Program-made: the position numbers and the translations under genes
NCBI GenBank assembly: GCA_013265495.1
Contig: MU060965.1
Coordinates: 496,001-560,000 of the forward strand
Origin: Vicugna vicugna
Lineage: Eukaryota
Length of the DNA: 64,000 nucleotides
Reading direction: 5' to 3'
The notes under the pieces: generated by a model
Told to the model about the DNA's origin: nothing
Database searches by the model: none
The model's input: the letters and a program-made list of their open reading frames with translations, nothing else
Shown: one piece after another, positions 1 to 12,207 of the stretch
How the letters are laid out: each line of letters starts with the position of its first letter
Position numbering within the stretch: position 1 is the first letter of the stretch

Positions 1-989
1 TCCCGCCAGGAGCCGTGGGCTGTCTAGGGGTCACCGCACAGACCGACTGGGGTGTAAGAAGTGGGGGACCAGCCCCAGGCACGCACGCAGGCACCCTGTG
101 CACCTGGATGGGACACAGAGGGGCACGAGAACCTCCCGGAAACATGAAACAGGATCATCTGGACTGTGTCACTGTGCAGACTTGAGACGGTTATCTGTGG
201 TGTGCAGCTCCCTTCCCAGCTACTTGGGACCCGGCGGGGCAGGCGCATTCCTGAGCAGTGACAGCAGAGCTAAACCGAGTCCCCAGCACACGTGGACCCG
301 CGGTGAGCGCACAGTGAGATTCACATTCCAGAGACTGCAGAGCTGCCTTGGACTCTCATTTTGCAATGACACGCTGATGACTCTAACAGTCTCTAACAGA
401 GCAGATACCTTCGTATCAGACACCTGCTGTTTCACCAAATTCAGCAAAAACGGACTGTCCCTGAAATCAACCTGCTGCTTTAAGGGCAGTTCAGGGAATG
501 TTGTTTTCTCCCCATCTCAACCCATTTTGTAGCGTTTTCTTGGGGCATATTTATGGGTGAGCAGCGACCTGAGCTAACGCACAGTTTGGTAGATGGCATT
601 TTAGCCGCGACTCATCGGAATTTCTAAGTAATCCCCAAACAACACTGTCTTACTGGGTCCAAATTGCAAACTGGCTTATTATTTTATACATTCACCAAAT
701 ACATTCAGAGGAAGGGGTGTGACACCTGCAGTGGAAAGTTAACCCTCGTCCCAAACAGCTGCAAAGTGGGAGGTTTGATCAGTTTTAACTCTAGAAACAG
801 AGGCTCAGCCTGTGAACCTTCACAAACCCAATGGAAATTCTGGTGTAAGAGGCAGCACCTGCAGACAAGCAGCGTGAGATCACGCTGTCCCCAAGGCCAC
901 AAAGGGGCACGGCCCTGCACCGCCGGCCTGCTGGGCACACTGGTGTGGGTCAGACCGCACTTCCAACCCTGGCACTGGTAACACCCTCA

Positions 990-1325
<336 letters not shown>

Positions 1326-1609
1326 TCAGCCCTCCCCGCCGACTTCTGTTTTGGTCTTTGTGTCACTGTCGGGAGCCTCCCCGAATGGTCAGACACTCCT
1401 TTTCTGTCTCTGCAGGTGGCACCAATGAGAAAGCTGTCTGGACCCTGCAGCTCACAGCACCACGTGGGGGTCAGCCTCCTTCCCTGCCTGCAGGGACACT
1501 GACTCTTCAGGAGAGGAGACTGTGGCTCAGCCAGCGTCCGGACGGCTCCAGGTTCCCACACAGAGCAACTGCTTTCAGTGCTGGGTCTGCACGGTGTTCT
1601 TGAAGATGC

Positions 1610-1900
1610 ACACATTTCTGCAGTTTATAGCGTAACTCACACTGTCAGACTCAGCTCGGCTCAGTGCGAACGCCACGCTTGTGTAACTGAGTGAGCCCCT
1701 GCCACGGACCAGTCATCACTCTGCCCCTGGAGCTCAGACTTCAGGGAACTGGGATCACACACCGCGTGGCCTTCTGCGTCTGGCTTCTTTCACGGAGTGA
1801 CACAGTGAGACTCGCCTGTTACGTGCACAGTTTAATTTTTCGGAAATTAGCTGATTATAGAATGTGTTTATGATGGAAAAAAATAGGCAAGTGTACAGGA
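1610..1900 (-). mobile_element. Old L1M-type 3' end remnant
   Basis: Contains the motif gggatcacacaccgcgtggccttctgcgtctggcttctttcac, typical of antisense L1M 3' UTR. Boundaries approximate. Confidence 0.5.
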
Positions 1901-2156
1901 AAAAAAGCACAGCCCGCTGCACTGCAAATGGTTACACGTGTTCTCAGAGTCCAACGCCCACCCGCGGCTCTCCGCCACAGTTGATTTGTGTGGTCGCGGG
2001 GCGCAAAGCCTTGCAGAGGGACCGCCGACCTCGAAGCTTCGCGTAAACACAGAAAGGAGCGCTGGGGCTGGGGGAGGTGGGATGTGTAAACCAGAGACCC
2101 TGACTTGAAGCAAGCAGTTAGGGAAGCAGCCCGCCCCTGCTCCCCAGGACCTGGGC

Positions 2157-2345
2157 GCACGTCAGACACGCACCTGCACGTCAGACACCTGCACGTCAGA
2201 CACACACCTGCACGTCAGACACCTGCATGTCAGAAATGTATCTGCACATCAGAAATGTACCTGCATGTCAGACACACACTTGCACGTCAGACACACACCT
2301 GCACGTCAGACACACACCTGCACGTCAGACACCTGCACGTCAGAA
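2157..2345. repeat. Minisatellite, 11 units of 15 or 19 bp, consensus GCACGTCAGACAC(ACAC)CT
   Basis: Read directly: 8 units keep GCACGTCAGA and 3 carry CpG-decay variants (GCATGT, GCACAT). Confidence 0.95.
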
Positions 2346-4469
2346 GCACACCTGATAAAAATAAAGTTTCTCTCAGGACTAACAAGGTACTGAGATGCAC
2401 TCAAGGAACAGGCATCATTATAACAGTATTTGTTGAAAATGAGGTTCTGGAGCATCGTTCCAGCTGGCAGGATTCTGAGAGATGTGGGAGCAAACAGCCC
2501 TTCAAAACTGGCACAGCTGGACCTGGGCTACTGGGACGCGGGCTCCCTCCCTGAAGGCAGCCCCTCAGACAGCCTCACCTAGGAGGAACAGCACCTTTGG
2601 CAGAAACAGTTACTGCTGACGGCTGAGATGCCAAGTCAAGCTGGGTCCTTCGGCTAAATCTGAGGCAGCAGAAACCCTGTCGAAGATGCTAGAAGCAACT
2701 GCAGACTGTCTGGCCTACGTCAGCGAAGAGCAGAGGGATGAGCTCACTGCCTCGTTCATCCAGTGTTTACTGAGCCCTGGCGGGTGCTACGAACCCCGCA
2801 GCCAGAGCCAGAGAAAGATGTAATGTCCCATTTACACTTCTACTGAGTTACGGGGACACAATGACACGTGTTATGTCACCAACGCAGAAAGAGGTGATGA
2901 TGTCTGTTCCAGAACTCTCGGCTGGCCGGCTAAGAAGGCACCGGTCCAAATCCGTCGCGTCTGGTTCCTTTGCGTACCTCCGGTATGTGTGCACTTTCCA
3001 TTTCAGTGCACTCAGTCAGGGAGGTAACTCGCGTCAGCACAGGCAAATTCTAATGTTATGAGATGTGTAACTTCCCACGAGGAAACAGCCACACTTAGCA
3101 GACCACGTGACACCTAAAAAGTGGGTGACCACGGCTGTGTATCCTGGGATGAGGCCCCGTAACATGGCGGTGGCTCCCCTGACGTGGGACCAAGACCCCG
3201 ACGTCCAGTGGTGAGCGTCTGAGCAGCAAGAACAGAGCCAGAAGACCACGACCCCAGAGAGAGCAACTCTAATGTTCTGACATTCTCGGCAGGCTCTGAG
3301 CACACGTGACTCAAATGTAACAGAAGAGACAGAGACCCGTGGGTGTTTGAAGAGCCCGTGTCGATCACAAATGCTCTGGTGTCTACAGGAAACAACTCAC
3401 ACAGCACCTTTTCCCCACTTGACTGTAGATCTCGGGAATAACAGGGCCGCAGGCCGCCACCGCTCACACAGGGTCACCCGAGTTCTATGACCTTCTCTGC
3501 ACAGAACACGACATGTCAGGCTCCGTGAAGCCTCGAAAGGTGCTGTAAAACTGTTGAGGTTTTCATTAAGTCAGCTCTTTTGTATAGAATAAATGCTCCC
3601 AGAATCACAGGCTTGCAGGTGGAGGAGGCCTCGGTTTTCCCTTTGGGGATGTGGCCTCGGAGGCCGCACTGAGGTCAGGAGACGTGCCCAGGCCCTGCAC
3701 CCAGGGGGCCGACCCCCAGACTGAGTCTCAGGCCTCACGCCCCCTCCCCTCCACAGCCTCTGTCCTCTTTGAAACTTTCTGTGCAAAAGGATGAGCGGTG
3801 CACACACCGCAGGTTCACACAAACCTCACGTTGCAGGTGATGCTTCCTGCACACTGAGCAAGTCACACATTCGGATGCGGCCCAAGCCACACGTTTTAGG
3901 CACACACTGTGTCTACGGGAACCCGGCAGTGAACTTCCTGTCTCCTGGGAAATGACCCCGATTTGTCTGTCTCATAAACTGGGTTGTGGGCCAGCAGCAG
4001 GCACACTTGTGACGTGAAGACCTTTCCAACCAAGGGAGGGTCCACGAGGAGCTTCTCAGAGCGCAGGGCGGGCAGCGAGGTGGACGGCTCACCCCCGGCA
4101 CGGCCCCCCCCTGCTGCTCCCAGCCGCACCGGACGGGCCCCCTGACAGGGCGAACCCGGGAGAAACCGGGCAGTGACGTGGGGCAGACACACCTCCTCCT
4201 GCGTGTGACGGGGAGGACCCCGTCTGGGATTTCTTGGGACAGTGACGTGTATCTTAGCTTCCAAAGGTGTGAGCCGCACGGGAGGGTGGGTACTCACGCT
4301 ATGGAACGTGGAAAGGAGCCAACATGACTTCTGAATCTATAATTTATCACACACAAAAGAAATCTTTTTCATGGAAAAATGCCTTTTCAAACGTAATAAA
4401 ATATATTTTTAAAAAAGCATCTTCATGAACCTTCTGAGGCAGGTCAAGTCCATCATGAGACGTGAAGCA

Positions 4470-4552
4470 GACCCGCTGGCTCGCGGGCAGTTAACTACAC
4501 GAGCCAACTGTGGTGTCGCATAAAATCAGTAAAACGATTCTCAGAGGGACAT
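4470..4552 (-). pseudogene. DCUN1D2: Possible DCUN1D2 exon 7 remnant
   Basis: Good acceptor TTTTCTCTTTAATCTTCTCTAG| followed by CGTTTTACTGATTTTATG, resembling the codons for PVLIDDFV. Confidence 0.35.
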
Positions 4553-5677
4553 CTAGAGAAGATTAAAGAGAAAACAGGTCTCAACTCTAGACATCTGGTA
4601 ATTGAAAAAATATGGACCTCAATCCTGGCACCAAGCGTCAAGCCGCCAGAGCCCGCGACAAGGAGCAGAGCAGAGGCGACAAGCCCTGACGGAAGAACTT
4701 CTCCCTGGAGAGAAAGAGACCAGAGACGCGGCGCTGAAAGGCGCAGCACGTCCCTGAGGACACGGCCTGGGGCTGAGACCAGACCTGTGAGCGGCGCTGC
4801 TGGCTTTAAAGCAAAAGGGAAACGTTTCTTTGGGCACCAGGCAAAAGCAGCAAGTGGCAGTAAGGGGAAAAGCAGACCGTCCTCAGACGATCCAAGGGCA
4901 CCTGAGGGGAGCGCAGCAGCGTGCGTAAGACACAGAAAGAAAATGAGGGCAAAGGCTTCATGTCAGGAAAACCGTTCTCCGCCCGCAGGGACTCGGGCAC
5001 CTCCTTGTGCTCGGGGTCCAGCACGAGCCTCAGGATCTAAGTGACCAGGACGCCGACGTGCGGACCGGTGACAAGACTCACCACCCGCACGACCACACGC
5101 CGCGACTGCACCCACGTCCAGAGGGAGACTCGGCCGTGTGCTCAGCGTGGACACAATCTACTCCTTTAATGGGGGAGAATGTACAACCTTTAAAGAGTTC
5201 TCAGTATTTATACCGACGGTGGCAGAAAAAAGGACATGCAGTTGTAACAGAAGAGCCGAAGTGGAAAACCCCAAAGCCCCGTAGTCCTGAATCTGAGCCG
5301 GGAGCATCAGCACAAGGAGCGGAGGACCCAGCCGACGCCAATGAGCATCTTGCTGCCTGGATCACGGCCCTGGAGCAAGATTCTCCACTGACAGAAACTG
5401 GGCTCCTGGGAGAAACGGCTGATCCCGGGCCTGGGGCGGGAATGGGCCAACCCGCCCAGCCGCATTGAGGACGGGGAGCGCGGCTGGGGACACAGACGGG
5501 CAGCCTAAGCTCCCGGTGTCAGAACTGCAGTCGACTGAACCTTCGCGTACGATTAAACCCAGGAGTTCACACAGCATAAAAGATAAATAAATAAACATGA
5601 ATCCTTTTTAAAGGATGCTACGAAAACAAGTCGTTATCTTGATGACAGGTGAATCCAGGCAAATGATCGGCACTTAC

Positions 5678-5740
5678 CCTGCCTTTTCTCAACGAACTGG
5701 GGCTCCTGGCAGCAAACCCTGGAAGGTGGAAGGATTATTC
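5678..5740 (-). pseudogene. DCUN1D2: Possible DCUN1D2 exon 6 remnant
   Basis: Strong donor CAGG|GTAAGT at 5677. An upstream pyrimidine tract ends TTTTG|GAATAA (AG lost). Internal similarity is weak. Confidence 0.25.
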
Positions 5741-7279
5741 CAAAAGAAGATGAGACGGAAGTGACAGAATTAGAACGTCACCCTCCACGCTGTGTGACGC
5801 CGGCTGAGCAGCGGCCTGGCCAGAGGCGAGGTCTGACCCTGACAGCAAACGCCACCTGCCGTGGTCCTGAAGCCAGAACCGCGTCCCCCAGGTCCCCGCA
5901 TGATGCCCACACAAGTGTTCACCCAACCACTCTGTCCGTTGCATGGTGACGCATCCCACCTGCCACCCCAGGGTGTCAAAGCGCTAGAGACAGTTCATAC
6001 ATTTTCCTCAGTCTTCCTAGCACGACTGAAATGGAAGACACCACCGGGGTTGGCAACCTGAGAGCAGGTCTCATGGGAGGGTCTGCAGGGTGGCAGGGGA
6101 CAAGACCAGGTTCCTGGCACCTGGACCCTCCCCAGTGTCCCGCCCTCGGCGGTCACTGCACCCCTGCGGGTGTGCTGATTCCTGCAGAGACAGCGCCTGC
6201 AGGTGGAAGGGAACGGGCTACAACACAACAAATACAAAACAGAACTGGAGCTGGAAGTATGGACGGGGTGTGGCTCCCCTGTGTGTGTGGGAGGTGACGC
6301 GGGGCGGAGGTGAACCCAGCACCAGACTCCCAGCATCTGTTTTGTCACCTGAGGGCCCAGTGCAGGGGCCGATGCATCCTCACAGCACTTCACAACAATG
6401 GTGACAGCGCCTGGACGGAGCCGTCTCCCCTTCGGGGACTGGTGCGTCCAGTCTGTCCTGGGCCATTCCTGCCCTGACAGCCAGGTGGGGCAGTGCTGCA
6501 AGGACTCCCCGGCCTTTCTGTCGCACCTGCTGCTTCCAATGGAGGTGGAGGCGTCAGTGCTGAGAGAGGTGTGGCTGCTCAGGACCCCGGAACCGCGGCA
6601 GGTTTCCCACACGAGACAGGAGCACAGCCCAGGACTCAACAGCCGAGACCGAGCCCCTCAGAACACGGGACGCAGGTGAAGGGGCAACACCTTGGCCCAG
6701 ACCCCGGCTGAGGGGGTCCTGGCGTGTCCCGGGAGTGTGAGAGCCAGTGGGAGGACAGATGGGAGGACGTGGAGGACAAAGACCAGGAGGAGGCTGAGCC
6801 AAGGCCAGCAAAACCACCAGAAGAGGACGGACAGGCGAGACAGGCCCGACTCCTCCCCGAGGGCCAGACCCGGGCTGCCGCCCGCGAACCTGAGATGCCC
6901 AGGGCTCCAGGCCACAGTCGCCACGGCCCCCAGAGCATGTCAGGCAGCCCACCAGGGAGGTGTGAGCACACGGATGGGGGAGGGCGGCCTCCACGCCTGC
7001 TGTCACGGCCCGTATTCCTGCCTACACCTCAGTCTCCCGTTTATAAAACGGGCCATGGCCACGTGTGCACCAGACGAGGAATGAAGCCAGTTTCTACCCT
7101 CCTTTCCGGGAACAGGTAAAAGACAGAAGCAGCCCACTGCCCGCTCAGGCCAGTCCCGTGTCTCGAAGACACAGAGGGATGCCAGCGAATCCGGGCGACA
7201 GGCTGCCTCCCCGCGCCAGCTGGCCCTCCCTGCCAAGCGGCCGATCTTAAGACCGCTGGCTGATCACACCCCGGCCGGA

Positions 7280-7362
7280 CAGACACGGAGATGGCCAATG
7301 CTCTCTGCCGACTCTCTAACCCATCGGCCAGTTACACATCAATATCAGCAACGGCAGGGCTT
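7280..7362 (-). pseudogene. DCUN1D2: Possible DCUN1D2 exon 5 remnant
   Basis: Acceptor-like TAGTTTTCAG| followed by GCCGTTGC..GTGTAACTGG, weakly resembling the codons for AVA..VLSG. Spacing relative to the next two remnants is plausible. Confidence 0.3.
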
Positions 7363-7959
7363 CTGAAAACTAGTTTACAAGTTAAAATGTGAATGTTTAA
7401 CCCCAGAAGGCAAGTGTGAATTGGCTGAGGTGTTCACCTGCTCGTGCAGAGCAAAGTGGGGAGAGAAAGAGACGCCAGCAGGACCCAGGTCCACCCCGCC
7501 CAGGGCTTCCTGCTCTCCTGACCCTCTGCCTCCCGGGGGAGTGAGCGCGAGGGTCCACCTGTAGTTTTAATCTCCCTCCTGCCCCCGCCGCCGCGGATGA
7601 GGCTGAGCGCCTGCTGTGTTCCCACCGGCCACCTGGAAATCACCTTGCGAAGGGCTTATTCCAGCCTCTTACCCGCTGTCAGTTAGGTCATCTTTTTCTT
7701 ACCGTCGTGTGGGAACCCTTCATCGGGGAGGCCCGCACACCCTCGTCAGCTTTTCGCCCTCTCAGACAGCACGTGTGCCCCTCTCCACCTCCTGAGGGCG
7801 CTCCTTGGTCAGAAGGCCGTATTTTCAGCCTGACACGCTGTCAGTCTCCTCCTCGGCGTTTCCTTGAGGACGTTTACAACCCTCCTACGCACGGCCATGA
7901 AGACATCCTGCCCCATTACTTTCTAAAGGTTCCTGCCTTCAGCCTCTGGCCCTGAGATC

Positions 7960-10400
7960 TACAGTCCACTTACCTGACTCTCACGTGTACGGGGAGGCAG
8001 AGGTCAAGATGAACTTTTTTCCACATGACTAGCAGCTCTCCTCGGACCAATTCCTGAAGGGCTGTCCTTTCCCCATCTGTCTACAGGATGTCTTTACCAT
8101 AAACCAAATGCACCTGTAGACGTGGACCTGCTTCTGGGCTCCCCATTCTGCCCCCAGTACCGTGTCGTCTTACTACATTTTCAGGTTCACTTTGTTTTCT
8201 TGCCCTGTTGCGTTCAGTGTTCTGAAATGTGGTGGTTCTCGGTTGCTGACAGTGGGTCCTGAAGTTTGGCTGAACTGGCTTGTGGATGCTAATGCTTTAC
8301 CAGCAGCTTGGACCAGCCGAGACCTCCGGTTCAGTGTTGACTGAAGGTAGGCATTCAAGTTCCAGTGAGTATAACATACAAATCGAGGCCCCAGACAGAT
8401 CAACCGAAACACCAGGATGACCTACAGGACAGAGTTCCACCTGGTTGCTAATACTTTGTTTAGGGTTGTGTGTGTTATGTCCATCTGATGGGCCTTTGAT
8501 TTTCGTGACCGAGATTGGCCTGTGATTTTCCGCCCTCAGGACGTCCTTCTAGGCTGCGCGCTGCTTGGCCAGGATTTCTAGTTTACTAGCGTAAGGCTGT
8601 TCTGACGTTCTCCTACCGTAACGTCTGTTGGATCTAGTGATGCTCCCTTTCGTGGTCTGTTGGTCGTTGTTCATTACTTTGTAAGCCTTTTCAAGTAATA
8701 AGCTTTTGGCTTTATGAACCCTTCCTATGTACACTTTTTTTCCTATTTCATTGAATTGCCGCCTGTTTAAAAACTTACTCCCTCTGTCTACTCTGAGTTT
8801 AATTTCCTGCTCTTTTCCTACTTGTTGAGATGGATGCTTGGCTTACTGATTTTCAGCTTTTCTTTCTGACATTTAAGAAGCTGAGTCCTGCAAGTTGTCA
8901 CATGCAGTGTTTTCTTCATCATTCACAATACTTTCTAATTTCCACTGTAAATTTTTCAACCCAAGGGTCCTTCAGAGGCACGACATTCACATGTATTTCA
9001 ACCTATCTGGTTATCTTTCTGTTACAGTCCTAGCGCAATCGGATTGTGGTCAGAAAACATGCTCTGCATCATTTCAATCCTTTGAAATTTGTTGTAACTT
9101 ACTTTATGGCCCAGTTTATGGTCAACATTTATAAATGCCCTGTGTGTCCTTTTGAAAAGGACATGTGTTCTTCAGCACCAAAGGCAATGTTCTAAGTATG
9201 CCCATTAGCCATTTGTTACGCCGTCCACATGTCCTACCTCCTCTACGGACCCACCCCTCGGTCAAATGTGAGAATCCCCCACTTGGCTTGCAGGTTGTAT
9301 CTTTCTCTTTAAAATGCCGATTTCTGCTGTAAATAAACCACTACCTTCCTGGTGGAAAAACCCTTGTCACTAAGAAACGTCCCCCATTATCTCTAGAATT
9401 GCTTTTTACTTTAAAGCTTATTTTATTATTGCTAACCACGTCAGCCTTTCCTGGTTAATGTCCGTACAACACACCAACTTCTGTCCTCCAAACTGTCCTG
9501 GGCCCTGTTTCACTTGTGTCTACTCTGCATAGTATACACAGAGGCTGGATTCTTAAAATCCACCTAACATTTCGTTCACTTACATTTAATGTAATTATGT
9601 AAATGCCGACACATCTGGGCTTAAACCCTCCGTTTATCTCTGCTTGCTGTTTGTCCTGCCGTAGGCTAACTTTCCTTGTGTCCTTTTTTTTCTTAGATTC
9701 TTTTGGACTGAGCTTTAAATTATTTTATTCCCCACTCTATTATTTAGAAAATATACAGAAATTATAATTCGATTTTTGTAAGGATTATAACATATACAGA
9801 GAGAACAAATATTTTTTCCCACTGCTTTATCTTTTCATTTTCTTGACAGTATCTTTTGATGAGCAGAGCTTTAACTTCGATGAGTCTAATTTGTCAATTT
9901 TTTTCCTTTACGTCAGTGCTTTTTATGTCTTCTCTAAGAAACCGTTGCTCACCCCAAGGTTACAAAGATAGTCTCTTATGTTCTGTCTAAACCTTTATAG
10001 TTTTCAGTGTCTTGTTCAAGCCCACAGTCTGGCCCAGCGTAATCTCTACAGACGGTAGAAGGGAGGACCAGGTGTCAGTCTGTGTTACCAGTTGTCACAG
10101 CATCACTTGTTGAAAAGACTCTTCTGCCCCCACTGAAATAATAAAAACTGACGACCAATCTTGCAATAGATGAATAAAGCAGGAAGACTTTACTAATTCA
10201 TGTCAAGACTGACTCTAAGTGGAACAGCAAGTAGGAATGTGCGGTGTTGGGGTAAAGACGAAAAACAGACCCACGACACAGCAGAGTCCACGCAACGGTG
10301 CTTGCTCTTTACAAAGACATCAAGGTATTTCATAAAGTTTCCCCGGTTCACCTAGGAAGCCTCACGCCCCAGTGAGAGAGTGCAGCGTGAACTGTGAAAG
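7960..10400 (-). mobile_element. Cluster of old L1 ORF2 fragments (mostly antisense; sense fragment at about 10140-10400)
   Basis: T-rich plus strand with L1 ORF2 hallmarks such as tttcaatcctttgaaatttgttg and cagcatcacttgttgaaaagact. Confidence 0.7.
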
Positions 10401-12040
10401 GCAGGTGCTCTGACCGGAGTCACGAGTCAGTAGCCAGGAGAAGTGATTAGCTGCCCTAACCGGGCAGACACAAAAGCCAGGGTGCCTCTCAGAGCCTCGT
10501 GCTGTTTAGACCAGAAGCAGACAGTCCTCTGCATCCCCGAAAGCACGAGGTTAAGTCTACAGCACAGTTACTAACACGTTCACACTTTCATTTAACATGG
10601 ACAGCGTCTGAATACTTACAGCTGCCCGCGAGCTGCAGCCAGCAGTCCCTCAGCCACCATCAGCCTGCAACCCTGACTCACGACCTGTGTGCTCCAAGAG
10701 GGCGTGAGGTCACCCACAATGTTTGGGGAGATTCACACTCCAAACTTTAAAAATGTAGTTTTAAAGTTATGACACTTAGTAGGATGATGGACAGGAACTT
10801 CAACAACCGACTTGTACAAGGTAGTTCTAGACAAAGCGTAAGAAATGCCCGTCAGCGTCTCTGTGAGGGGCGTTTGCGTCCAACGTCCCCCACCACGGGG
10901 CGGGTCCAACAGCAGGGATAATGGGCAGAACAAGGCCAACGGTGCCTCCTCCCAGGCGCTTCTGCCCCAGAACCGCCAGCCAGGCCTCGGGGCTCCCTCA
11001 GTGCAGGCAGCACGAACAAGCTCGCTGCTACGCCACCGTAACTGTGGTGGCTTTCATCTGGTCGGTTTTATACAACTACTGGAAGGTGGAAAGATACTAT
11101 GAGAATTAAAGAAAGTCTCACAGTGTATCATCTCAACAGACTCATGTTTAGTGAGAACACCACCACCCTGTCCACACAGTCTTAAGAACGTGTTTACCTA
11201 AGGCTTTCAAGCTCCTTCAGCAGCTAAAAATAAGTGAGTTGTCAACACTGAAATATCAGAGCATCAGAAAGTCAGCAAGCCGGCTCCTGCGCCCTGGTGA
11301 AATCATTCACGAGGCTTAACAATCACAAGATGCTTGTCGTGCACTTCTGTCTACTCGTCTGAGTCACTAACAAGTAAGAAACACCTTAAGGTATTAATGG
11401 AGCTTTTATTCAACCCTGTACGTAGAACAGAGAAATGTCACAGGCAAAAAAACAAATGACATTTTATTAGTGCTTAATATAGCAACACAATAAATTTAGC
11501 ACACAGTATTATGAAGTAAACTGAACGGCTGAAAACAGGCAAACAAACAAAAAAACCTGGATGTTTATTGTCAATTCAAAGCTGGAAGGAAAGAAATTGA
11601 AAGAAGAAAGTGAGCAGCTGCATCACTGTCTCGCCACGACTCTTTCCGTCTCATAAAACTACGGTGACCCGGCTCTTCCTCCCCAGACACTGGCAGCATC
11701 CGTTACCCCCCGTGCCCTTCGTCCCCATGAATTTGACTAATGGTGAGTTTTGTGTCATGCGTACTGTAACACAATAAAAAATGAAAAACTATACAAATTT
11801 TAAAAAAATGAAATGCATAAAATGCTACATAAGGGATTCATCTGAATAAGAATACTGAACAAAACTTTAGCTGAAATTCAAAAGAACAGCGAAGGCTTCA
11901 CTAATGGTACAAATGCGTGAGAAATCTGTGAAACGCACGAAGAACGTAAATCGGTGCAAACTTGCAGGCTGCTGAGAACCAACTCGCACTGGCCGTGCCC
12001 TCCTTCCTGCAAAGGGTCTAACTGAGACGAGTTTACTTAC

Positions 12041-12207
12041 CCGAGCTGTGTCATGCCGCCTGCAAATCCCTCTTGCTGCATCCACACCGACTCGCGGCCC
12101 CCAGTCTCCAGGCTGCACCCAGAACGCTGACGCAGCAGGACCCAGGCCGGAGCCACCACAGAGCCGCCGGGTACCCTCGGCTTCCACTGTATTTCCATCT
12201 TGCGGGC
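12041..12207 (-). pseudogene. DCUN1D2: DCUN1D2 exon 3 remnant (start of the PONY domain)
   Basis: Acceptor TTTTAACTGCAG| and donor CTCGG|GTAAGT. It reads PQDGNTVEAEGTRRLCGGSGLGPA / VSVLGAAWRLGAASRCGCSKR / FAGGMTQLG in three different frames. Length is 167 nt versus 169 expected. Confidence 0.88.

Noticed and set aside
2157-2345. Repeat array resembling a CRISPR
   Set aside because: The units are contiguous with no unique spacers, in mammalian DNA with no cas genes. It is a minisatellite.
6396-6526. CAG|GTGCGACAG resembling the start of DCUN1D2 exon 4 (G-C-D)
   Set aside because: It has no pyrimidine tract, no donor at the expected distance and no FYQFTF motif, and it lies downstream of the exon 5 candidate. 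Probably chance.
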